From NCBI GenBank assembly GCA_002269645.1, contig NIVC01002341.1, positions 118,156 to 182,155 of the forward strand: 64,000 nucleotides of DNA, given 5' to 3'. Under the pieces are notes generated by a model that had not been told where the DNA came from, did no database searches, and saw only the letters and a list, made by a program, of their open reading frames with translations. Positions within the stretch are counted from its first letter, which is position 1, and each line of letters opens with the position of its first letter. This DNA comes from Macrostomum lignano (lineage: Eukaryota). The position numbers and the translations under genes are program-made. Positions 43,397-55,549 of this stretch are shown one piece after another.

Positions 43397-45194
43397 ATCA
43401 AAATCTTACTGGACTCCCTAATATTATAGGCCTAGTATTTTTATATAGTTTAATATAGTTTAATGTCTTTTTTTGAAATTAGGTCTTAGGACTTCTTGTA
43501 TATAATATTAATAAAAATTAACAATACAACTTTCAAAGGAATAATGTTCAATGTTGTTCTTGGCCTAGGCCTATCTGGGATAGCCCTGCAGCTAAGAGCT
43601 AAGTAAGTAAGTGGCCTAGCCCTATGTCTTAAGGACATAATTCAATTTTCATAAGACTTTAATTTATTTTCTTCAATTTAAATGCATTCTATCATTATCA
43701 ATAATAATAGCATTATACTCATATTGTCATTATATTCTAACATGCTAAACAAATGGCGAAATGCCTATGCCACTGTATAAACTTTAAGTTTCTGTTTTAA
43801 AGGTGTATTATTAGGCTTCTCCTAGACCTAGCCTAGCATGTCTAGCAATAATGGAAATAAAATGAATGAAATCAATACCAATGAAAAATCTAACCAAGGA
43901 CAAAGGAAGGTTCTATGCTTAGGTTTATTTTTTGTGCAAGTGCAATAGGTGTAGCCTGTAGGAATGAGCAGGCCCCTTAGTAGGCCTATAGTCTAGATAG
44001 GCCTAGCATCCTGATTTTGATAAAACACACCCTCAAATTAGACTAGGCCTAAGACCCTGAATGCGATTTTGCATCCTAGCGTCAGCGAAAAACACCCGGC
44101 TAGTTTTTTTAGGTTTTTTATGCAATAGGGCTGCTAATATAATAGGCCTACCATGTCGTTCCTAATCGCATCCTAGAAATTCTGAAATAGAACCTGGTAC
44201 TAGGCTAATTCAGCAAATCATAGCTGTTGTTCCTAGAGCGTAGTTTTATTAGATTAAACTTCAGAAAACCCCATTTTGCATTCATGTCCTGCTACTCATT
44301 AAGAGCTACTAATTCACATATTGAGCAAGATCGCCAAATATTCAAAATTAAATGATCGGTAAGCCATCTTGGGCTGAAGGGCTGGCTGAAGCAGCTGGCT
44401 TCTAAGAAAGGGCAAAAATTTTCCGAGGTTACGCTTACTATATAAAAACTATAACTAAAAATAGCAATTTTACTAAAATTCTAAAACTATATACAGTATA
44501 AACAAATTAAAAATAAAAAAATAAAAAAGTACACTAATATTTTTTAGCACAAGCAGCAGAATAGAAACACTAGCTATCTTTGACTTCCTATATACTAAAT
44601 ACTAAAAATGAGTTGTCTGTCGGTATGCGATAGATTTCAGAAAAAATGGCTCAACCGATTTTCTTCAAACTTGCACCATTTGATCAGAAATTTTCCTGGG
44701 ACGGTACATGCATCTTGGCTAAGAAATTGCTCAATTTTAAAGGGATTAAATATTCGAAAAACATGCTTTTTTGCAAAGGTCAAGCAGCTCTTTCGACTTG
44801 AAATGCATTGTAAAAATGCGAGAGAAAAAACTGACTGACTGAATTTCAATTGTGATAAAGATTGCATCACAACCAGTTGAAAACAGTGTCGAAAAAATGC
44901 ACACAAGACTTGATTGTAATTGCGTAACCATATTGCTAACTTGAATTGAGACTGATACTGGCTGACTAAGAAATTGATTATGTCATAACTTTTTACTCTA
45001 ACTGACTTGCTATAAGAATTGAATTATAAGGGCCACAATTCATGTTCTCCAATTGAAAAGAGATAGCCTAGATGCGAACAGACTGGACTGCTAATGTAGC
45101 GAACTGGGTTCGAATCTTAGTAGTGCAAAATAATTTTTTATTAAAACACTTTAAAACACAAAATGCTAAACATAAAAGAAGCGCAATGTCAAAT

Positions 45195-48100
45195 TTAAAA
45201 GAGCCACCATATCAAACATAAAAGTGCCACCATGTCGAACACAGAAGAGACACCATGTCAAACATAAAAGAGCCACCATGTCAATCATAAAAGAGTCACC
45301 ATGTCAAACATTAAAGAGCCACCATGTCAAACATTAAAGAGCCACCATGTCGAACATAAAAGAGCCACCATGTCGAACATAAAAGAGCCACCATGTCAAA
45401 CATAAAAGAGCCACCATTTCAAACATAAAAGAGCCACCATTTCAAACATTAAAGAGCCACCATGTCAAACATTGAAGAGCCACCATGTCAAACATAAAAG
45501 AGCCACCATTTCAAACATAAAAGAGCCACCATTTCAAACATTAAAGAGCCACCATGTCAAACATTGAAGAGCCACCATGTCAAAACATCAAAGAACCACC
45601 AAGTCAAACATTAAAGAGCCACCATGTAAAACATATACATGCTATCAAACATTAAAGAGCCACCATGTCAAACATATATATGACTCCATGTCGAACATTA
45701 AAGAGCCACCATGTCAAACATATATATGACTCCATGTCGAACATTAAAGAGCCACCATGTCAAACATATATATGACTCCATGTCGAACATTAAAGAGCCA
45801 CCATGTCAAACTTGAAACAGCAACCATGTCAAACAGTAAAGAGCCACCATGTCAAGCATAAAAGAGCCACCATGTCTAACATAAAAGAACCATCATGTCG
45901 AACATAAAAGAGCCACCATGTCGAACATAAAAGAGCCACCATGTCAAACATTAAAGAGCCATCATGTCTAACATTAAAGAGCCACCATGTCTAACATTAA
46001 ACAGCCACCATGTCTAACATTAAAGAGCCACCATGTCAAACATTAAAGAGCCACCATGTCTAACATAAAAGAGCCACCATGTCTAACATTAAAGAGCCAC
46101 CATGTCGAACATTAAAGAGCCACCATGTCTAACATAAAAGAGCCACCATGTCAAACATAAAAGGGCCACCATGTCAAACATAAAAGAGCCACCATGTCAA
46201 ACATATATGTGACTCCATGTCAAACAGTAAAGAGCCACCATGTCAAGCATAAAAGAGCCACCATGTCAAGCATTAAGGAGCCGCAATGTCAAACATTAGA
46301 GAGCCATCATGTCTAACATTAAAGAGCCACCATGTCTAACATTAAAGAGCCACCATGTCTAACATTAAAGAGCCACCATGTCGAACATTAAAGAGCCACC
46401 ATGTCAAGCATAAAAGAGCCACCATGTCAAACATAAAAGAGCCACCATGTCAAACATAAAAGAGCCACCATGTCGAACATTAAAGAGCCACCATGTCTAA
46501 CATAAAAGAGCCACAATGTCTAACATAAAAGAGCCACCATGTCTAACATTAAAGAGCCACCATGTCAAACATAAAAGAGCCACCATGTCAAGCATTAAGG
46601 AGCCGCAATGTCAAACATTAGAGAGCCATCATGTCTAACATTAAAGAGCCACCATGTCTAACATTAAAGAGCCACCATGTCTAACATTAAAGAGCCACCA
46701 TGTCGAACATTAAAGAGCCACCATGTCAAGCATAAAAGAGCCACCATGTCAAACATAAAAGAGCCACCATGTCAAACATAAAAGAGCCACCATGTCGAAC
46801 ATTAAAGAGCCACCATGTCTAACATAAAAGAGCCACAATGTCTAACATAAAAGAGCCACCATGTCTAACATTAAAGAGCCACCATGTCGAACATTAAAGA
46901 GCCACCATGTCTAACATAAAAGAGCCACCATGTCAAACATAAAAGGGCCACCATGTCAAACATAAAAGAGCCACCATGTCAAACATATATGTGACTCCAT
47001 GTCAAACAGTAAAGAGCCACCATGTCAAGCATAAAAGAGCCACCATGTCGAACATAAAAGAACCAACATGTCCAACATAAAAGAGCCACCATGTCAAGCA
47101 TTAAGGAGCCACAATGTCAAACATTAGAGAGCCATCATGTCTAACATTAAAGAGCCACCATGTCTAACATTAAAGAGCCACCATGTCTAACATAAAAGAG
47201 CCACCATGTCGAACATTAAAGAGCCACCATGTCAAGCATAAAAGAGCCACCATGTCGAACACAGAAGAGCCACCATGTCAAACATAAAAGAGCCACCATG
47301 TCGAACATTAAAGAGCCACCATGTCAAACATAAAAGAGCCACTATGTCAAACATAAAAGAGCCACCATGTCAAACATAAAAGAGCCACCATGTCAAACAT
47401 ATATGTGACTCCATGTCAAACAGTAAAGAGCCACCATGTCAAGCATAAAAGAGCCACCATGTCGAACATAAGAGAACCACCATGTCGAACATAAAAAGCC
47501 ACCATGTCAAACATTAAAGAGCCATAATGTCAAAAATTAAAGCGGCACCATGTCGAACATTAAAGAGCCACCATGTCTAACATATATGTGACTCCATGTC
47601 AAACATTATAGAGCCACCATGTCAAACATTAAAGAGCCACCATGTCTAACATTATAGAGCCACCATGTCGAACATTAACGAGTCACCATGTCAAGTATAT
47701 TCGTGACTCCATGTCAAACATAAAAGAGCTACCATGTCGAACATTAAAGAGCCACCATGTCAAACATAAAAGAGCCACTATGTCAAACATAAAAGAGCCA
47801 CCATGTCAAACATAAAAGAGCCACCATGTCAAACATATATGTGACTCCATGTCAAACAGTAAAGAGCCACCATGTCAAGCATAAAAGAGCCACCATGTCG
47901 AACATAAGAGAACCACCATGTCGAACATAAAAAGCCACCATGTCAAACATTAAAGAGCCATAATGTCAAAAATTAAAGCGGCACCATGTCGAACATTAAA
48001 GAGCCACCATGTCTAACATATATGTGACTCCATGTCAAACATTATAGAGCCACCATGTCAAACATTAAAGATCCACCATGTCTAACATTATAGAGCCACC

Positions 48101-48230
48101 ATGTCGAACATTAACGAGTCACCATGTCAAGTATATTCGTGACTCCATGTCAAACATAAAAGAGCTACCATGTCGAACATTAAAGAGCCACCATGTCGAA
48201 CATTGAAGAGCCACCATGTCAAACATTAAA
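45195..48230. repeat. 23-bp satellite (atgtcaaacattaaagagccacc)n inside Helitron unit 1
   Basis: About 130 variant copies with longer-period re-duplications. Confidence 0.95.
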
Positions 48231-48613
48231 TTTACACAATTTCAAACGTAAAAGTAAGCGTCGTGCCAATTTTAAAGGAGCCACTATAGAGCTAAGGAAA
48301 TTGTAGCACTAGCTTCTTATTGTATGGTGGATGCTTACTATTTGGGGATGCTTGCTATCCGGGAGGGGGATGCTTCCTATCTGGGGGATGCTTGCTATCT
48401 GGGGGATAGCTTGCTATCTGCTTGCAATCTGGGGGATGCTTGCTATCTGGGGGATGCTTCATGCTGTCTTGGGATGATTTCTTTTTGCATTACACTTTGT
48501 TTGAGCAGTTTGTCTGTCGTCTTTGTGAAGGCTTTATTTGGCTGTCTTTTTGTTACTTGTAGAGAACAGAGATTCTATCCAGATGTCCCCCAACGGGGGG
48601 CGAAGATTGCTAG

Positions 48614-48642
48614 TCCTATATACTAAAAATGGTCTGTCTGTG

Positions 48643-48675
<33 letters not shown>

Positions 48676-49796
48676 GTGATCGATTAGAGAAAAAATGGCT
48701 GGACCGATTTTGTTCAAACTTGCACTGTTCGATCAGAAATTTTCCCGTGACTGTACATGCATCGCGGCTAAGAAATTGCTCGATGCTAAAGGCATTAAAT
48801 ATTCGAAAAACATGCTTTTTTGCAAAGGTCAAGCAAACTTTTCGACTTGAAATGCATTGTAAGAATGCTAGAGAAAAAACTGACTGGTTGAATTCTGGTT
48901 CTGAAATAGATTGCATCATCACTGAATTGTAACTCCGACTTGAATTGAAAATGCAGTGTGGAAGCGTAGCACCAGACTTGATTTAAATTGCGTAACCATA
49001 TTGTTAACTGATACTGACTGACTGAGAAACTGATTATGTCATAACTGCTTCGTGTGATTTACTCTATGCTTGGATTTTAAACTGTTGAATTATATATATA
49101 TATAAGTGCAAAATTTGATGTTATCAAAAAGATGAGAACTAGCCTAGAGGTGAACAGACTGAACTGCTAAATGCAGCGACGATGGTTCGAATTTTCATAG
49201 AGTATATCCTATATACTAAAAATGGTCTGTCTGTGTCTATCTATCTATCTATCTATCTATCTATGTGATCGATTAGAGAAAAAATGGCTGGACCGATTTT
49301 GTTCAAACTTGCACTGTTCGATCAGAAATTTTCCCGTGACTGTACATGCATCGCGGCTAAGAAATTGCTCGATGCTAAAGGCATTAAATATTCGAAAAAC
49401 ATGCTTTTTTGCAAAGGTCAAGCAAACTTTTCGACTTGAAATGCATTGTAAGAATGCTAGAGAAAAAACTGACTGGTTGAATTCTGGTTCTGAAATAGAT
49501 TGCATCATCACTGAATTGTAACTCCGACTTGAATTGAAAATGCAGTGTGGAAGCGTAGCACCAGACTTGATTTAAATTGCGTAACCATATTGTTAACTGA
49601 TACTGACTGACTGAGAAACTGATTATGTCATAACTGCTTCGTGTGATTTACTCTATGCTTGGATTTTAAACTGTTGAATTATATATATATATAAGTGCAA
49701 AATTTGATGTTATCAAAAAGATGAGAACTAGCCTAGAGGTGAACAGACTGAACTGCTAAATGCAGCGACGATGGTTCGAATTTTCATAGAGTATAA
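48614..49796 (+). repeat. Tandem duplication of the ~593-bp Helitron 5' module
   Basis: 48614-49206 is repeated near-identically from 49207; both resemble 44586-45150. Confidence 0.9.
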
Positions 49797-49849
49797 TTTT
49801 TTTAATTAAAGCTTTTCAACGTCAGGAAAACTAAAAGACTTTTTAAAAA

Positions 49850-51385
49850 GAAGCGTCATGTAAAAATCATAGTAGCGTCATGTAAAAAATCGTAGAAGCG
49901 TCATATAAAAAATTATAGAAGCGTCATATAAAAATCATAGTTGCGTCATTTAAAAAATCATAGAAGCATCATATAAAAATCATAGATGCGTCATTTAAAA
50001 AACCATAGAAGCATCATGTAAACAATCATAGAAGCGTCATTTAAACAATCATAGAAGCATCATATAAAAATCATAGATGCGTCATTTAAAAAATCATAGA
50101 AGCATCATGTAAACAATCATAGAAGCGTCATTTAAAAAAATCATAGAAGCGTCATATAAAAATCATAGATGCGTCATTTAAAAAATCATGGAAGCGTCAT
50201 GTAAACAATCATAGAAGCGTCATGTGAAAATCATAGAAGCGTCACGTAAAGAATCATAGAAGCGTCATGTAAACAATCATAGAAGCGTCATGTAAACAAT
50301 CATAGAAGCGTCATGTAAAAAATCATAGAAGCGTCATGTAAACAATTATAGAAGCGTCATGTAAAAAAATCATAGAAGCGTCATGTAAACAATCATAGAA
50401 GCGTCATGTAAACAATCATAGAAGCGTCATGTAAACAATCATAGAAGCGTCATGTAAAAATCGTAGAAGCGTCATTTAAAAAATCATGGAAGCGTCATGT
50501 AAACAATCATAGAAGCGTCATGTAAAAAATCATAGAAGCGTCATATAAAAATCATAGATGCATCATTTAAAAAAATCATAGAAGCGTCATATAAAAAATC
50601 ATAGAAGCGTCATGTAAAAATCACAGAAGCGTCATGTAAACAACCATAGAAGCGTCATGTAAAAAATCATAGAAGAGTCATGTAAACAATCATAGAAGCG
50701 TCATGTAAGCAATCATAGAAGCGTCATGTAAACAATCATAGAAGCGTCATGTAAACAATCATAGAAGCGTCATGTAAGCAATCATAAAAGCATCATGTAA
50801 ACAATCATAGAAGCGTCATGTAAACAATCACAGAAGCGTCATGAAAAAATCATAGAAGCGTCATGTAAACAATCATAGAAGCGTCATGTAAACAATCATA
50901 GAAGCATCATGTAAAAAAATCATAGTAGCGTCATGTAAACAATCATAGAAGCGTCATGTAAAGAATCATAGAAGCGTCATGTAAAAAAATCATAGATGCG
51001 TCATTTAAAAAATCATAGAAGCATCATGTAAACAATCATAGAAGCGTCATTTAAAAAAATCATAGAAGCGTCATGTGAAAATCATAAAAGCGTCACGTAA
51101 AGAATCATAGAAGCGTCATGTAAACAATCATAGAAGCGTCATGTAAACAATCATAGAAGCGTCATGTAAACAATCATAGAAGCGTCATGTAAAAAATCAT
51201 AGAAGCGTCATGTAAACAATCATAGAAGCGTCATGTAAACAATCATAGAAGCGTCATTTAAAAAATCATAGAAGCGTCATGTAAACAATCATAGAAGCGT
51301 CATGTAAAAAATCATAGAAGCGTCATGTAAAAAATCATAGAAGCGTGATGTAAAAATCGTAGAAGCGTCATTTAAAAATCATAGA
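49850..51385. repeat. 23-bp satellite (catagaagcgtcatgtaaacaat)n inside Helitron unit 2
   Basis: About 65 copies. Confidence 0.95.
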
Positions 51386-52232
51386 AAATCATAAAAATCA
51401 AAAATTAAATGCAGCTATAATGCTGTGCTGGGGAGAAAAACTGAGACGTAAAGGCTCTCAGAGAATAACTGCTGAGATTACGGGGGGGGGGGTTTCTGAG
51501 ATGTCAAAGCAAAAGTCAGAAGCTACTTCAAAGTTCATGTACTTTACTCAATTTTTTTATTGCATTCTTTGTTGGCTCGCCACGGGAGGCGCTTATAGAA
51601 GAAGAGTCATGTAAAAAATAAAAGTAGCACTACGAGCGTATGTACGAGCTATACATAAAAGAAAAGTCATGTTCAAGTTAAAAGATTCATTTGGGAATTG
51701 CTACGATGTCAAAGCTTGGTGGAAATCGTTATAGTGCTTGATTCTTAAAGAAGGAATCACTAAAATGTCAAGGCTTAGGGGAGAAGAATTGCTGAGATTT
51801 CAAGGCTTTAGGTTGGGTTAAAGTTAGGTTTAGGTCAGGTGTGGGTTGAGGGTTATATTTTATCGGGTTTCAAGGTTAACAGAATAACAGGGGATTTTTT
51901 AGATTTCAAGGTTTATGGAGGCCATCGCTGACATGTTAAGGCTTACGGGGGGAATAGCTGAGATGTCAAGGCTCACGGGGTATAAATGAGATTTCAAGGC
52001 TAAAGTCAGAAGCTACATGTAGTTTATTGAAAACTTTTTATTACATTATTTGATGCCTCCTCAGGGGAGGGATCGCTGATAAAAAAAGCGTAATGTAAAA
52101 AATAAAAGAAGCTTCATGTCGAAGTTAAGAGATTCATTTGGGAATCCCTACGATGTCGAGGCTTGCAGGAAATCGCTATAATGCTGTAGTAGTGCTATAG
52201 TGACTCTTAGAGAGAATTACTGAAATTTCAAT

Positions 52233-52295
52233 GTTAGGTTAGGGTTAGGGTTAGGGTTAGGGCTAGGGTTAGGGTTAGGGTTAGGCTAGGGTTAG
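52233..52295 (+). repeat. Interstitial telomere-like (TTAGGG)n tract
   Basis: About 10 units, some CTAGGG or shortened variants; a more degenerate version lies at ~51808-51855. Confidence 0.85.
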
Positions 52296-53095
52296 AAGGT
52301 TGACAGATATTTTTAGATTTCCAAGGCTTATTGGGGGCATTGCTGAGATGTCAAGGGGGGAAGTTGATATGTCAAAGCTTGTGGGGGGGGGAATTACTGA
52401 CATGTCAAGGCTTACAAGGTTTGACAGGAGATTTTTTAAGATTTCAAGGATACATGTAGCTTATTAAAAAAACGTGTATTGCATTTATTTGGCTCCCCAA
52501 CGGGGGCGTAGATTGCTAGTGTAACATCTAACATGGCTTAAATGTTGGCACTTTCTTTCTGCTGCCTTAAAATAGTATTACTTTACAAATGTAATTTCTA
52601 GCAGCCCCTTTCAACACCACCGATAACAATTTTTAAGGAATAAAACATAACTGAACATCTGTATAAATTAATGCACACGTTTGACTGGCGGGGGTCCAAA
52701 TACATGTACATGTATATGTAACAATTCAACCTAGTACTTAGTAGTGTTGCATATGAAAAAAACGCCGATCAACTTTGCCACGTTTTTCAAATTAAATTTT
52801 ATTGTTTCACATTCATTCATAACTATGAGTTTATAGACATTTTTTGAACTAAAATCTTAATATAATAAATTTATGCACCTGCATCCGTAAGGTATATACT
52901 GTATACGGTATAGTATATTGCAGTACTCGAATTATCAATACATACATGTTTGTAGATGTACGTATCATGCACTGTACGAAAATAGGAAATGACGCATATT
53001 CAAAAAAACAATAGCTCTGTAATCAAGTAGTAGTCTCGACAGTCATGCTACATGATATGTAAGTAGACTGGCTGCTGGCAGTGTTCGCAAAGTTC

Positions 53096-53688
53096 TCAGT
53101 CTCCCAGCACCAGAACCTCGTATGCCTTGCTCTTGAGCTCGGTTCCGCCGTATGGAAAGTAGGCGCAGCGGTGGCTCTTGTGCACCTTGCCCACGCACAC
53201 GGAGCCGTAAACCTTCATGAAGATTAAAGAAAAGCAGCAGTGTTGAACACAATAACTGTATCTGGCTGTTGCAGTTTTCAAGGTGTTTGCTTAATTTGCT
53301 CAAAATAGCCAGTTTATTTTTATACCTCGCCACGAGCGATGTACAGCGGCTCGGCGTTCTTCTCTTGACCGGCCACCAGCGCCTTCTTCGGTACGTCGCC
53401 GCCCTCCTCCTTCACCCACTTGAAGCCGCTGCCGTAGCAGCCGATGTCGGAGCGGACCAGCACCTCGTACTCCGGGATGGAGTGCTCTGTACCCCAATTG
53501 GGCACGCTGGCAGCCGTGCAGCCCTGAGACAGCTGGCCCGGCACCCAGAGGCCGTCCAGCTTGGCTCTGACAACGTAGCAGCCCGGAGCAGCCTCGACAG
53601 CATTTGGCGGGATGTCACCGTCTTTGGCATGCTGTCAGCTGACGCAGATCTCGATGCCCTTGTGTCCGGCATGCTTCACCTTGCTCAT
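53096..53688 (-). pseudogene. DM9-repeat protein copy 3; intact except for one in-frame TGA at codon 18
   Basis: Exons 53688..53326 (363 nt) and 53212..53096 (117 nt) match copy 4 in length. TGA at 53637-53635 replaces Trp. Confidence 0.8.
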
Positions 53689-54064
53689 TGTGCGTTGCCT
53701 GAGTGTCTGCGGAATGATAATTGACTCTTGAGTGAGCTGTTGAAGTGTGTGAGCTTTCGGAGTGAACTGCTGCTGCTTAAATAGACAGGGCAGGCTCCCC
53801 TGACTGGCACGTCACGGTATTGGCTAAAAAGTGTGACAACGTGGCATTCAAAAGCACTTTTATTACACTACTTTTATTACGCAATTTATACAATTATTAC
53901 ATCCTTCATTCAGGTTCTTTTGTTGGAGATGCTGTGCTAGGAATCGCAGTCATTTTTATTCAACAAAGAAATTTATTCTAGTCTTAGTCTTTAATTAAAT
54001 TTCATTTCTGGAGTTCCATCAGCAATTGCCTGAACCCTGAGATTATAGTTTCACTGAGAATAGT

Positions 54065-55135
54065 ATCTCTGATAATCTCATCGCTGATTGTCTCATCGTT
54101 GATAATCCCATCCCTGATAATCTAATCCCTGATGCCCTCATCCATGATAATCAGATCCCTGATAATCTGATCCCTGATAATCTGATCCCTGATAATCTGA
54201 TCCCTGATAATCTGATCCCTGATAATCTGATCCCTGATAATCTGATCCCTGATAATCTGATCCCTGATAATCTGATCCCTGATAATCTCATTCCTGATAA
54301 TCTGGTCTCTGATAATCTGATCCCTGATAATCTGATCCCTGATAATCTTATTCCTGATAATCTGATCCCTGATAATCTCATTCCTGATAATCTGATCCCT
54401 GATAATCTGATCCCTGATAATCTGATCCCTGATAATCTGATCCCTGATAATCTGATCCCTGATAATCTGATCCCTGATAATCTGATCCCTGATAATCTGA
54501 TCCCTGATAATCTGATCCCTGATAATCTGATCCCTGATAATCTGATCCCTGATAATCTGATCCCTGATAATCTGATCCCTGATAATCTGATCCCTGATAA
54601 TCTGATCCCTGATAATCAGATCCCTGATAATCTGATCCCTGATAATCTGATCCCTGATAATCTGATCCCTGATAATCTGATCCCTGATAATCTGATCCCT
54701 GATAATCTGATCCCTGATAATCTGATCCCTGATAATCTCATTCCTGATAATCTGATCCCTGATAATCTCATTCCTGATAATCTGATCCTTGATAATCTGA
54801 TCCCTCATAATCTGATCCCTGATAATCTCATTCCTGATAATCTGGTCCCTGATAATCTGATCCCTGATAATCTGATCCCTGATAATCTGATCCCTGATAA
54901 TCTCATTCCTGATAATCTGATCCCTGATAATCTGATCCCTGATAATCTGATCCCTGATAATCTGATCCCTGATAATCTGATCCCTGATAATCTGATCCCT
55001 GATAATCTGATCCCTGATAATCTGATCCCTGATAATCTGATCCCTGATAATCTCATTCCTGATAATCTGGTCCCTGATAATCTGATCCCTGATAATCTCA
55101 TTCCTGATAATCTCATTCCTGATAATCTCATTCTC
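54065..55135. repeat. 15-bp minisatellite (cctgataatctgatc)n, expanded relative to unit A
   Basis: About 1.05 kb here vs about 0.55 kb at 40225-40790. Confidence 0.93.
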
Positions 55136-55549
55136 ATCCCAACACGCTGGCCCCTTCTTCATGGCTAATAAAGCTTGCCAGTGGACAGAATTTCAGTGAT
55201 GTTCAGTTTCAAACCAAACTCGGTCTAATTCTCATAAATCTCGTTATGGGCTGTGTCCGGATTGAATAATAAAGCGTCCATGATGAGAAGCTTTCTCGAA
55301 TTTGAGTTTACGCATTTGTGAGAAAAAGTGCCTGGTTGCTCTGAATTCTAAAAGATATCTCACGCTGCACTGCCATTATAGCAGCGTGCACGAGGTCCTG
55401 CAAGTAAATAAAAGCCGAAATGAATGTGATAACCGAAATGTAAAAACGCAATTTAACGAATTGCACGTTGTCACACTTTTTAGCCAATACCGTGCCGTGC
55501 CAGTCAGGTGAGCTCAATTATCATTCCGCAGACACTCAGGCAACGCACA

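Larger units (their letters stand above)
44586..52519 (+). mobile_element. Composite non-autonomous Helitron-like insertion (7934 bp), two head-to-tail units
   Basis: 5' TCCTATATAC start; 3' hairpin cccc-aac-gggg followed by CTAG at 52516-52519. An internal hairpin+CTAG|TCC junction lies at 48613/48614. The empty site ctttaact|tgtaac is at 38668/38669. No Rep/Hel ORF seen. Confidence 0.8.

Noticed and set aside
53040-53637. Selenoprotein reading of the DM9 in-frame UGA
   Set aside because: The paralogous residue is Trp, not Cys, and I saw no convincing SECIS (AUGA..AA..GA) in the 3' UTR by eye.
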